A stretch of DNA of 64,000 bases from NCBI GenBank assembly GCA_032161105.1, contig JAVHTD010000008.1; one strand, written 5' to 3'. The position numbers and the translations under genes are program-made. Every line of letters begins with the position of its first letter. The first letter of the stretch is position 1. This DNA comes from Candidatus Thermosaccharophagus tengchongensis. GTDB taxonomy: Bacteria; Armatimonadota; Fervidibacteria; Fervidibacterales; Thermosaccharophagaceae. The notes under the pieces were generated by a model. The model made no database searches. It had not been told where the DNA came from and was given only the letters and a program-made list of their open reading frames with translations. This document shows positions 10,048 through 19,503 of the stretch, in pieces.

Positions 10048-10707
10048 ATGACCTTGGGTCTTCTTCTGACGGCTTTGTTCATCTCTCTCTGGCATGCAAT
10101 GATGCCGACGCATTGGCTACCATTTGTGCTTGTAGGTAAAGCCCATCATTGGAGCAGGTTAAAGTTGCTCCTTACAACTTTGCTTGCCGGCGCTTGCCAC
10201 GCTACAACGATGCTTGCACTCGGGTTGGTTGCGTGGTTCGTTGGGAAGGGAATAGTTGCAATCTTCTCTTCGGTAGCCAAATATGTCGTCGCATCGGTGC
10301 TCCTTCTCGTTGGTGCTGTCTACATAGCGAGCGCATTGCTCTCACCGCCGCACGGCAGCGGTGAATTCATCAACAAGTTCGGTCACATGAGGTGTGGCGA
10401 ATGCCATCCCAATAGCGGGGGAGAAAAAATTGAATGGTTCGCCGTATTGGCATTGATGCTCATGCTCACACTGTCTCCGTGTCAAGCTATACTGCCGCTT
10501 TTCTTTGCGGCTGCTGCAAGCGGTTTTGAATCGCTCACTGCGCTAATGTTGCTTACTGGCACGGTGACGATGCTCGTGATGGCTTCAATGGTCATGTTGG
10601 CTTCGTGTGGACTTAAGTTGCTCAAGTTGCAGGTGAGCGAGCGCATTGAGAGGATGCTGATTGGCTTAGTGTCAATAGCCCTCATTCTATTCGTCTTTCA
10701 CCACTAA
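10048..10707 (+). CDS. Ni/Co transporter-like membrane protein (NiCoT/RcnA/DsbD-2-like)
   Basis: WHAMMPTHWLP motif, about 6 TM helices, His/Cys-containing loop, LSPC motif; GGGAGG RBS. Confidence 0.7.
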   Translation: MTLGLLLTALFISLWHAMMPTHWLPFVLVGKAHHWSRLKLLLTTLLAGACHATTMLALGLVAWFVGKGIVAIFSSVAKYVVASVLLLVGAVYIASALLSPPHGSGEFINKFGHMRCGECHPNSGGEKIEWFAVLALMLMLTLSPCQAILPLFFAAAASGFESLTALMLLTGTVTMLVMASMVMLASCGLKLLKLQVSERIERMLIGLVSIALILFVFHH

Positions 10708-10941
10708 TCCGACGGCAACTTTCGTTGGATTGGGTTGAGGTTACGATTTGACAATGCCTTCCGAAAGCCCAACAGTTGCTTCTGAGTTCAAGTGCGCAGC
10801 GCTTGATGAGGTTATCCTTAATCTGGGGTTGCCGGCGAGCTTCTTGGCGAAAACGAAACTATTGCTCAGGCTGGTGAGTTTGGTCAGCCTTAAAGCTGCC
10901 TTATGATGCGCTGCTTATCCCGCGTGGTGGTGAGCGTCAGA

Positions 10942-11901
10942 ATGGGCACATTCACATCAGACGGTGTCTTTGGCAAGAGAGCTGCTGAGGTATGGTCAGC
11001 GGTTGACGAATTCGTTGACCACATGCGTTCCCTCAAATCCTCCTCCGTGCATACCTTAAGATGCTACGCAAATGACATCATTCAATTCGCTGCATTCCTT
11101 GAAAGGCTATTTGAGGGTGGCGAGCGGTTCTCGTGGGAAGAAGTCAATGCAACTCACGTAAGGCAGTTCGTGATGGAGTTGACGATGAAAGGCTACTCAA
11201 AGCGCTCAATCGCTCGCAAGCTTTCTTCGCTGCGCGCCTTCTTTCGCTACTTGGTCAGCAGGCGTCGCATAAAGTCAAACCCGGCGGTTTTCATCCGCGC
11301 CCCAAAGCTCCCAATGACGCTCCCAAGAGCGCTCACGGTCGCTGAGGTTGAGGCGTTACTTAAAGCGCCTGATGATAGCAGCCCGATTGGGCTGCGCGAT
11401 AAAGCAATTCTTGAGGTGCTCTATTCAACGGGAATGCGCGTCGGTGAACTCGTTCGCCTCAATTGCACCGATGTCAACATGGCGGTTGGGGAGATCATCG
11501 TCACCGGGAAGGGCGGGAAACAGCGGATAGTGCTCCTCGGTGAGCCAGCGCAAATTGCATTGAGGGAGTATCTTGAAAGGGCGCGCCACAAGTTCGCCAC
11601 CAGTCGCAGCGGTGTAAATTCTGAGGCGCTCTTTTTGAGCAGACGCGGCACGAGGCTGACAGAGAGGCAAGTGCACAGGATAGTTGTGAGATATGCGCAA
11701 CTCGCCGGATTGGGCGATAAGGTCACACCGCATACGCTGCGCCATTCATTTGCCACACACATGCTTGAGGGCGGTGCAGATTTGCGCGTTGTTCAGGAGC
11801 TGCTTGGGCACGCGTCGCTTATAACGACGCAAATTTATACTCGCACATCAATGGCTCACCTTAAGCGCGTCTATGACATGGCTCATCCAAGAGCAAGGTG
11901 A
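10942..11901 (+). CDS. xerC: Tyrosine recombinase XerC/XerD
   Basis: SIARKLSSLRAFF, LYSTGMRVGE, GKGGKQR, TPHTLRHSFATH, ELLGH, TTQIYT catalytic residues. Confidence 0.9.
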   Translation: MGTFTSDGVFGKRAAEVWSAVDEFVDHMRSLKSSSVHTLRCYANDIIQFAAFLERLFEGGERFSWEEVNATHVRQFVMELTMKGYSKRSIARKLSSLRAFFRYLVSRRRIKSNPAVFIRAPKLPMTLPRALTVAEVEALLKAPDDSSPIGLRDKAILEVLYSTGMRVGELVRLNCTDVNMAVGEIIVTGKGGKQRIVLLGEPAQIALREYLERARHKFATSRSGVNSEALFLSRRGTRLTERQVHRIVVRYAQLAGLGDKVTPHTLRHSFATHMLEGGADLRVVQELLGHASLITTQIYTRTSMAHLKRVYDMAHPRAR

Positions 11902-12011
11902 GGTAAATGCATGCGCGTGTATTTTGATCAACAGGTTGCATTAAACTCAATGGTGGGTGATGCGCTGTTTTGAAGCGTGATAATGACGGCTGGATAAATT
12001 TGGGGGGCAAA

Positions 12012-12665
12012 ATGCCAATGTCGCAATCCATCATCTCTGAGTTGGCGCAGCGATTGGGAAAAAGCGAGGAGGAAGTTCTCAAGTTTTTTCAACTGCTATG
12101 GCAGGTCATGCCGCCATCCCCTGAAACACAGCCCTATTTTTTCCGTTACCTTGATGAGCGCTTCTTGCGTTTAGAGGACCGTTACACAACGCTGCGACAA
12201 GAAATGCACCAACAGATTGAGGCGCTCAGGAAGGACATGCAGCAGGGCGATGCGGCGCTTCAACAGCAGATTGAATTGCTGCGTGAAGACATGCAGCGCG
12301 AAATTGGGCTGTTGCGCGAGGACATGCAGCGTGAGGTTGGGCAACTGCGCAAAGATATGCAACAACAGGTTGAGGCACTTAGGAAGGACATGCAGCAGGG
12401 TGATGCAGTGCTTCAACAGCGGATTGAGTCGCTGCGCGAGGACATGCAGCGTGAGGTTGGGCAACTGCGCAAAGATATGCAACAACAGGTTGAGGCGCTC
12501 AGGAAGGACATGCAGCAGGGTGATGCTATATTGCGCCAAGAAATAGAGGGGTTGTGCAGGCATGTTGAGCGTGTGGAGAAGTGGCTTTTTGCACTTACGG
12601 TGCCAGTGTTAGTTTCAACTCTTGGTATCTTAGCTTTATTCCTTCAAGCCTACTTTAGCCGTTAA
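12012..12665 (+). CDS. C-terminally anchored coiled-coil repeat protein (CCDC90/DUF1640/Bdr-like)
   Basis: Repeated LR(K/E)DMQ heptad/hendecad units followed by one C-terminal TM helix. Confidence 0.7.
   Translation: MPMSQSIISELAQRLGKSEEEVLKFFQLLWQVMPPSPETQPYFFRYLDERFLRLEDRYTTLRQEMHQQIEALRKDMQQGDAALQQQIELLREDMQREIGLLREDMQREVGQLRKDMQQQVEALRKDMQQGDAVLQQRIESLREDMQREVGQLRKDMQQQVEALRKDMQQGDAILRQEIEGLCRHVERVEKWLFALTVPVLVSTLGILALFLQAYFSR
12313..12526 (+). repeat. Near-perfect in-frame tandem duplication, 120-bp period
   Basis: 12313-12406 recurs at 12433-12526 with very few differences; shorter 33-bp units flank it. Confidence 0.9.
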
Positions 12666-12791
12666 AAGAACTTTGTTCATCCGCAGTAGCTCGCAAGCAG
12701 GATTGGCAAGGAGATGACATTTGATTGGAGCAATCACGGGTGCAACAGCACTTCATCTCACAAATGCTTGTGCAGGGCACGAGAAACGGCT

Positions 12792-14162
12792 TCACTCAAT
12801 GCTCGCTGAGGACATCTCGTATTTTCCCTGCACACCCTTTATGAACCTCGTTGGGGCTCGCCTGAATATGCTTCCAAAGTGTGAGGAAAGGCGCTGTGCC
12901 TCCTCGGGATGCTCATCAATCAAGTTGTGCGTCTCCTTCGGGTCTTCAACGAGATTGTAAAGTTCATCTGGTTGACCTTGCGGTCTTTGGACGAAACTCC
13001 AAACTTCGTCTCTTATGCACCGATCAACGCCCTCATGGTAGCCGCATATTACAGCCTTTCGGTGCTCGTCTGTCTCGCCCCTGAGGACTGGCACGAAGCT
13101 TTTTCCGTGCACAGCAATGTTGTTATTTCCGAAGCCGAGCAACTCAAGTATCGTTGGCATTACATCCGGGAACTGGATAAGAGCCTTCGTTCGTCTGCCA
13201 CCATTCTCACCGCCCGGAAGGCGCACGAGGAATGGCACCTTCAGGAGTTCGCTGTGCATCCTATCGGTGCCCTTCAAAAACTTTCCGTGATCGGCAAGCG
13301 GATGACCGTGATCGGCAGTCAATATGATGAGCGAGTCATCAAAGTAGCCCAAGTCCTTCATTGCTTCAAACAACGGCTTAAGACAATGATCAACGAATGT
13401 CACCTCGCCAGCATATAACCCTCGTATAAACCTTATCTGCTCCTCACTTGCCCACTCCTTTGCCCAACCACCCATCGGGAGGATAAGCCTTGGTCCTTTG
13501 TAGCTTGGGTCGGTGTAAGTGTCAAAGCGCTTTGGTGGATCCCAAGGTTCGTGTGGCTCAAATGAATCAATCCAAAGGAAGATGTGCCTGTGAACTCTAT
13601 TCCGCTTAAGCCAATCTATGGCTCTGTCAACAACCTTCGCCACAAACCAATCGCTCTCGTCCCTAAAATCATCGGTGTTAGCCAAGAACTGTGCCACCCT
13701 CGCACGCCACTCTGGAGTGTAGTTTTCGTTGACATAGTCATCCACACTTCTTCTCGGCGGTGACGAAAACCAAGGGTCATACTCCTGCCCGCGGATCCAT
13801 TCGTATGAATTGAAGCCGCGATGGTAATTCATGTTCGGCGCACGAAAATGGTATGTGTCGCTAATGAGACCGCACACATACCCCTCCTTGCGGAGTATCT
13901 CAGCGAGGGTAATGTCATAAGGTGTCAGAGGCATCCAGCCACGAAATGGCAGTGAGAAGTGCCCCGTCATGAGTTCGTATCGCACAGGCATTGTTGGCAA
14001 GCCACTTGGATATGCATTTTCAAAGATGATGCACTCGCTTGCGAACTCATCAATGTTGGGCGTCTTGCAAGCAGGCACATCGTCAAAGATTGGTTGTCCA
14101 CGGTTGTAGATGCTAACATGATCTTGGCGCAGACTGTCAAGCATGATGAAGATCAAGTTCAT
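12792..14162 (-). CDS. Sulfatase-fold (alkaline phosphatase superfamily) hydrolase
   Basis: NLIFIMLDSLR, TPNID, PTMPVR, PHEPWDPP, TADHG, ELYNL..DP.E..NL. Confidence 0.9.
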   Translation of the reverse strand: MNLIFIMLDSLRQDHVSIYNRGQPIFDDVPACKTPNIDEFASECIIFENAYPSGLPTMPVRYELMTGHFSLPFRGWMPLTPYDITLAEILRKEGYVCGLISDTYHFRAPNMNYHRGFNSYEWIRGQEYDPWFSSPPRRSVDDYVNENYTPEWRARVAQFLANTDDFRDESDWFVAKVVDRAIDWLKRNRVHRHIFLWIDSFEPHEPWDPPKRFDTYTDPSYKGPRLILPMGGWAKEWASEEQIRFIRGLYAGEVTFVDHCLKPLFEAMKDLGYFDDSLIILTADHGHPLADHGKFLKGTDRMHSELLKVPFLVRLPGGENGGRRTKALIQFPDVMPTILELLGFGNNNIAVHGKSFVPVLRGETDEHRKAVICGYHEGVDRCIRDEVWSFVQRPQGQPDELYNLVEDPKETHNLIDEHPEEAQRLSSHFGSIFRRAPTRFIKGVQGKYEMSSASIE

Positions 14163-17100
14163 CCTCACCACCTCCGGACTTTTTTATACGCCGACGGACG
14201 GCATCTTCTTCACTCATTTGCGCCATTGCTTCATCCCTCAACTTGAGCACGGCAGCTTGGATATCGGCAGCCAACTTCCTGTAAGCTTCATGACGACTCA
14301 TCTTGCCATCATCAATCAACCGCTTGTATGGCTCTGGGTCAATTGGGGCGCCTATGTGAACCGTTATCTTATGCCGTGATGGTATTCGCCTGTGCCTTGA
14401 GAGCGCTTGGAATGTCCCATGTATGAATGCCGGAACTACAGGGGCACCGGATTCAATCGCGAGCAAGCCCACACCCGGCTTGAACTGTTGCATTTCGCCT
14501 GTGGGTGAGCGTGTGCCCTCCGGAAAGACGAGAAGGGTATAGCCACGCTTAAGCGCATCAATCGCAAGTTGTAGACCCTCGGTGAAGCGAACATGCCTGT
14601 CAAATGGGATGACGCTGAGGAATGTGTGAAATAGCCACCCACGAACCTTTGAGTTGAAGAAGTAATCCTTTGCGCCGAGTATGCGCAGCATGCTTGCATG
14701 TTTTCCGCACGCCAGCAGTATTGCGCATGTGTCAAGGTGGCTGCAATGGTTTGCAGCGATGATGAAACCATCACCCTCCGGCAAGTTCTCTGCTCCGTGA
14801 ACTTCAAACCCGAAATAGGTTTTAAAAGCGAGGTGCATTAGCAGCCTCATTAACCACCTGCACATTCGTTTAAAGACACCGGCTTTTAGCCACCTGTTTG
14901 TCTCCGCAGTTGGCAGCCTTTTGGATTGCAGGACCTTTAAATGCTTTGCATCCATTTCGGCATGGGCATCCTTTGCGCTGGTGATTCGTCTCGCCACAGC
15001 ATCAATCACATCTTGCACGGTGTGCAGTGCCGGAAGAAGAGCCTCAGGGAATGTCGTCTTCAACCTCACTTCAAGTTCAACAAGCAGCTCAAGCCGCATG
15101 AGCGAATCAAGTCCGAGGTCAAATTCAAGATGATGCGTTGGTGAGATCTTGTCGCTCGGTTTATTTGCGACCAGCGCTATGGCATCTATGACGAGCCCCT
15201 TCAATCGCCCATCAACTTCACGGACGCGCGTTGTGGGCAGCTCCAATGGCTTTGATGTCCCTATGAGCAACCCCTTGACAGCAGCCCTGTCAATTCCCAA
15301 AGCGGGCGTCCTCGGCAGCTCGCATGTCAGTATGTGGACTCGTTGAATTCGCTGGTAGGATGGGAGGCGTGAGGAGATTTCCCGTATAGCTGCATGAAGG
15401 CGCTTTGTGAAAAGCTCCAAGCCCTCCTTATCGTTCCATAGGTTCTCATCCGGCACAATGACAGCGTGAATTGCCTCACCCATCGTCTCCTCATCCCATA
15501 CCCCGACGACGCACATCTCTTTGACCTCTGGGAGGTTGCCGTATAGGGCTTCAATCTCTTCAGGGTAGACATTTTTCCCCGCCGCAGTGACTATCACATC
15601 TTTCATCCTTCCGCAGATGTATAGGTAGCCGTGTGGATCAATGTAGCCAAGGTCGCCCGTGTGGAGCCACCCATCTTTTATGACCTGCGATGTCGCCGCT
15701 TCGTCATTGAAGTAGCCGAGCATGACATTGCTCCCTTTGACGAGTATCTCACCGATGCCCCTCTCATCTGGCTGTGCGATCCTCACTTGCACTCCCGGCA
15801 GTGGCAATCCCACTGAGCCCCTCTTTTGGCGTTCAATGGGATTCACAGTTACCACTGGTGACGCCTCTGTAAGTCCATACCCCTCGCAGACAACGAAGCC
15901 AAGCGCTGTCAAATCATCAAACACGCTGATCGGGAGTGGAGCACCGCCGCTTATGAGAGCTCTGACCTTGCCGCCAAAGGCTTCGTGCACAAATGGAAAA
16001 AGCACCCTACCAATCCTCAGGTTAGTTGCTCTGTAGAGCAGCTTGCTGATCTTAAGCATTGCTCTGAAGAGCGCCCATTTGAACTTCCCACTCCTTCTAA
16101 CCTCGGAGAAGATGGCGTCACGCAATATCTGCAAAGCCCTTGGGACTGCTATTATGCAAGTGGCGCCGACTTGGCGCATCGTTTCAATTACCGCTTTTGA
16201 GCGCTGCGTCGTCAGGTAGGTTATCGTGGCGCATGAATACAAAGGCACAAGAAAGCCGCCGGTGAACTCAAGTGCGTGATTGAGCGGAAGTATTGAAACG
16301 AAGTGGTCATTCTCGTTTGGCTTTAGCATGCGAGATATCGCCAGGACATTTGAGATCAAGTTGTGGTGCGAAAGCATAACTCCCTTAGGTTCGCTCCCGG
16401 CTCCCGAGATCACAATGATTGATGCGATGTCGCTTGGGGCGATCTCCCTCTCATACTCTTCAGTATCAATTGGCTCCGGATGGATCTGGTCTTGTTCTCC
16501 ATACGGCAGGCACATGTTGTTTATGTCAAGCACTATCGGCGTCGGCTGCATCCTCTCCATCGCGCATTCCCAGATTGCCTTTGCGCATGTAGTTGAAGCC
16601 AATATTGCAACAGCCCCAGACCACTTTGCGACCCTCAAAACATACTCTGGCGGGAGTTGCCTATCAACATGCACAACCGCAGCTCCAAGGCTTGACGCAG
16701 CCATGTAAGAGATGCCCCATTCTGGCTGATTCTCGGAGTAGAGCAGAACTTTTGAGCCGTGACCAACACCGTTCTTGAGCAATGAAGCCGCCATAGTTCG
16801 GCGTAAGCGCTCAATATCGCTGTAAGTGTATCTGACCCAAATTCCATCCCGCTTTATTTGCATGGCGACCTTTTCTGGGGAAAGCGATGCAGCCCGTGCA
16901 ACTAAATCGGGCAGTATGCGCGGCTCCACTTTGTGGCGCTCCTTGATGTGCTGCTCCCCGACTGGCTCTTCAAACCTTTTGATGAGCATCGCTCGTGCCT
17001 TTGAGCCGTCCACTCCCAGTGCATACCGCAGCAAACCGGGTATGTGTATTCGCTGTATGTATTCAACCCAGTTGATTGAACGCACATCAAAGTTGAAAGT

Positions 17101-18603
17101 CCGCTTGTCATCATCCTGCAGGCGCTCAAACAGGTTGAGTAGGTTCGTCGTTTCGTAGCATGCTTTGACCTCCGTATATGAGCCGTAAAGTTCAACATAG
17201 TATCTCAGGCGCTCAAGCATGAGGCGCATATTTCGCAGCTGTGAGTTTAGTTTCCTCATGCGGGCTGTGAACTGGAGCCGTTCCGTAAGCGGAAGCAAAA
17301 TGCCGAGGAGAAACCACCGCATGCGCAGCTCTCTCAGGAATTCATCGCTTCGCTTGAATGTCCACTCTGGATATTGTGGGACTGCTGAAATGTCGTGCAG
17401 CCTCAGTGGGTTGCTCAGGAAGTATTCCCTGCCGATGCGATACAGCTCACCGAACTTTAGCGGGTTGACCGACCCAGTCGCAACATGAATGATGTGCAAC
17501 CCCGGCTCCAACGCAGCCAGCATTACGGAGCAAAGCAGGGCGTTAACCACGAAGTCAACCGGGACAAAGTCAATGATGGCATTCGGATCGCCCGGGAAGT
17601 CCGGCAGCCTCCCACGCCCGTAGCCGATGATTATCGGGTCTGCCATCCTCAACCCTTCTATCCACCCGGGCGATGGCTCCAAGAGACCGCTCTCAATGAT
17701 GGCTGGGCGAAGTATGATGGTGGGCACATCATCCCTGTAGCGTGTGATTAACTGCTCTCCCATCGCTTTGGTGAATGTATATGTATCGTTCCAACCGCGC
17801 CTCCTCGCCCACATCATACCTTCGCTGACGAGCATCTCCCTTAGCCGTTCACTCTGTGCCAGCTCAACTTGCCCTTCATCGCCAGCTTGATTGCGCTCTT
17901 GCCCTGCATGTGCATACAGTTCCTCAACTCGCTTCAGTATTGCCTGAACTTCATCATCAACATCATACCTCTCTATGGAGCCATCGGTTGGGCTTTTTCC
18001 GAGGCGCAGGTGCCACATTGATACATTGGGCATGAGCGGCTCCTCTTTGACCAAGCCCTCTCGCATCGCATTCACATAGCATGTGGAGACATGCACGAAG
18101 ATCGGTTTTTTCGCCCATGTCTTTACGAACTCAATGACACGCCTTGGAGCTATGGCGTTGAGCTTCGTTGCGACATCAATTGGGGCATCAAAAGAGACAT
18201 CGGCAGCGCAATTTATGACTATGTCAACTTCATCTCGCACAGCCTCAAGCGCTTCCTCGCCCAGACCCAGCTGCTCGTTGAGCAAGTCGCCCTCAATTGG
18301 GACGATCTTTTCGTCAACGAGCCCCTCAAGCTCCTCACCGAGCTCACGCCTCAACGGTTCAAAAGCCGTTGAGAGTAGAACCTCCTCATACAATCTCCTT
18401 CTGGCATCCATCACTTGACCATTTGGAAGTCTCCTTTTGCGCACAAGGACATAAGCGCGCCGTATGCAGCTTAAGTCCTTGAGCAACTTGGCTATGAGTG
18501 CCTTCCCGAGGAAGCCAGTGCCACCTGTGATGAACAAGGTCTTACCTCGGTAGAACTCACTCACCTTTGGCAACTTGTCCCTTCTTCCCACCTTGCCCAC
18601 CAA
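14137..18603 (-). CDS. Multidomain fatty acyl reductase / acyl-CoA synthetase / ACP / acyltransferase (ElbD-like)
   Basis: TGGTGFLG and YTFTK (FAR); GYGLTEASP, WLHTGDLG, GKNVYPEEIE (AMP-binding); DLGLDSL (phosphopantetheine Ser); NHCSHLD and FPEGTRS (PlsC-type acyltransferase). Confidence 0.9.
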   Translation of the reverse strand: MVGKVGRRDKLPKVSEFYRGKTLFITGGTGFLGKALIAKLLKDLSCIRRAYVLVRKRRLPNGQVMDARRRLYEEVLLSTAFEPLRRELGEELEGLVDEKIVPIEGDLLNEQLGLGEEALEAVRDEVDIVINCAADVSFDAPIDVATKLNAIAPRRVIEFVKTWAKKPIFVHVSTCYVNAMREGLVKEEPLMPNVSMWHLRLGKSPTDGSIERYDVDDEVQAILKRVEELYAHAGQERNQAGDEGQVELAQSERLREMLVSEGMMWARRRGWNDTYTFTKAMGEQLITRYRDDVPTIILRPAIIESGLLEPSPGWIEGLRMADPIIIGYGRGRLPDFPGDPNAIIDFVPVDFVVNALLCSVMLAALEPGLHIIHVATGSVNPLKFGELYRIGREYFLSNPLRLHDISAVPQYPEWTFKRSDEFLRELRMRWFLLGILLPLTERLQFTARMRKLNSQLRNMRLMLERLRYYVELYGSYTEVKACYETTNLLNLFERLQDDDKRTFNFDVRSINWVEYIQRIHIPGLLRYALGVDGSKARAMLIKRFEEPVGEQHIKERHKVEPRILPDLVARAASLSPEKVAMQIKRDGIWVRYTYSDIERLRRTMAASLLKNGVGHGSKVLLYSENQPEWGISYMAASSLGAAVVHVDRQLPPEYVLRVAKWSGAVAILASTTCAKAIWECAMERMQPTPIVLDINNMCLPYGEQDQIHPEPIDTEEYEREIAPSDIASIIVISGAGSEPKGVMLSHHNLISNVLAISRMLKPNENDHFVSILPLNHALEFTGGFLVPLYSCATITYLTTQRSKAVIETMRQVGATCIIAVPRALQILRDAIFSEVRRSGKFKWALFRAMLKISKLLYRATNLRIGRVLFPFVHEAFGGKVRALISGGAPLPISVFDDLTALGFVVCEGYGLTEASPVVTVNPIERQKRGSVGLPLPGVQVRIAQPDERGIGEILVKGSNVMLGYFNDEAATSQVIKDGWLHTGDLGYIDPHGYLYICGRMKDVIVTAAGKNVYPEEIEALYGNLPEVKEMCVVGVWDEETMGEAIHAVIVPDENLWNDKEGLELFTKRLHAAIREISSRLPSYQRIQRVHILTCELPRTPALGIDRAAVKGLLIGTSKPLELPTTRVREVDGRLKGLVIDAIALVANKPSDKISPTHHLEFDLGLDSLMRLELLVELEVRLKTTFPEALLPALHTVQDVIDAVARRITSAKDAHAEMDAKHLKVLQSKRLPTAETNRWLKAGVFKRMCRWLMRLLMHLAFKTYFGFEVHGAENLPEGDGFIIAANHCSHLDTCAILLACGKHASMLRILGAKDYFFNSKVRGWLFHTFLSVIPFDRHVRFTEGLQLAIDALKRGYTLLVFPEGTRSPTGEMQQFKPGVGLLAIESGAPVVPAFIHGTFQALSRHRRIPSRHKITVHIGAPIDPEPYKRLIDDGKMSRHEAYRKLAADIQAAVLKLRDEAMAQMSEEDAVRRRIKKSGGGEDELDLHHA

Positions 18604-18778
18604 CCTCCGCTTGCATGTGGCAGCGAATGACCATCTATCTGGAAGGGTTATAGGGCAAGTTCAATCCACACCGCGTGACTGATTAAGGTTTGGCAACCGT
18701 TAATAGGAATTGCCATGGTCACTGTGCAAAGGCAGGTGCATCATGTCCGCACAATGCGCGAATAAAGTGGCGTTGACT

Positions 18779-19297
18779 TCAAAGCTTAAGCTCCCTTCCA
18801 TACTGGTCGGAGAAAAAGATCTGGCTCATATCCTTCCTCGGGCGCTGCTTTGGGAACTCGTCCGGGACGCCGACAGGCGTCAGGGCAACCACATTGATGT
18901 CCTCAGGTATGCCGAGCACTTCCTTGACTTTCTCTTGGTTGAATGCCCCTATCCAGCATGTCCCATAGCCGAGTGCCGTTGCAGCGATAATCAAGTTCTG
19001 CATTGCTATCATGACATCTTTATCGTGCCAGCGCTCGCTCTCAGCTGGCACGCTCAACCCGGCGATGATGACATCCGCATCAGCTATCCAAGTTTGGTTG
19101 TTGCAAGCCTCACCGAGCCTGCGCTTTACATCCGGGTCACGCACAACTACGAACCTCCACGGCTGTCTGTTTCCGGCTGACGGTGCCTGCCTTGCCGCTT
19201 CAAGTATAGTCATCAGGTGCTCATTTGGGATTGGCTGCGGTTTATACTTTCGCACACTGCGCCTCTCCATTATCGCCTCTATGGCATCCTTCGCCAT
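18779..19297 (-). CDS. Nitroreductase family protein
   Basis: RRSVRKY, APSAGNRQPWRFVVV, LGYGTCWIG. Confidence 0.92.
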   Translation of the reverse strand: MAKDAIEAIMERRSVRKYKPQPIPNEHLMTILEAARQAPSAGNRQPWRFVVVRDPDVKRRLGEACNNQTWIADADVIIAGLSVPAESERWHDKDVMIAMQNLIIAATALGYGTCWIGAFNQEKVKEVLGIPEDINVVALTPVGVPDEFPKQRPRKDMSQIFFSDQYGRELKL

Positions 19298-19503
19298 CTT
19301 ATCACACCCCCTCCACGAAGTTTCTCCGCCACTCCGAAATCTATCAAACATTGTGAAGCGATGTTCAGTTTGCTTCACACTTGAGGTGCGGACCAAACTG
19401 GCAATAACGCCGATCCGCAATCAAATGAGAGTAGCACAAGTTGAAGTTGAGCTGCACTATATTCGTAGCTGCAGCACCTAAGGATGATGGGGGTGCGGGT
19501 GGG

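Noticed and set aside
10942..11901. Tyrosine recombinase as a prophage/island integrase
   Set aside because: Length and motifs match housekeeping XerC/D; no phage genes, att repeat or tRNA nearby.
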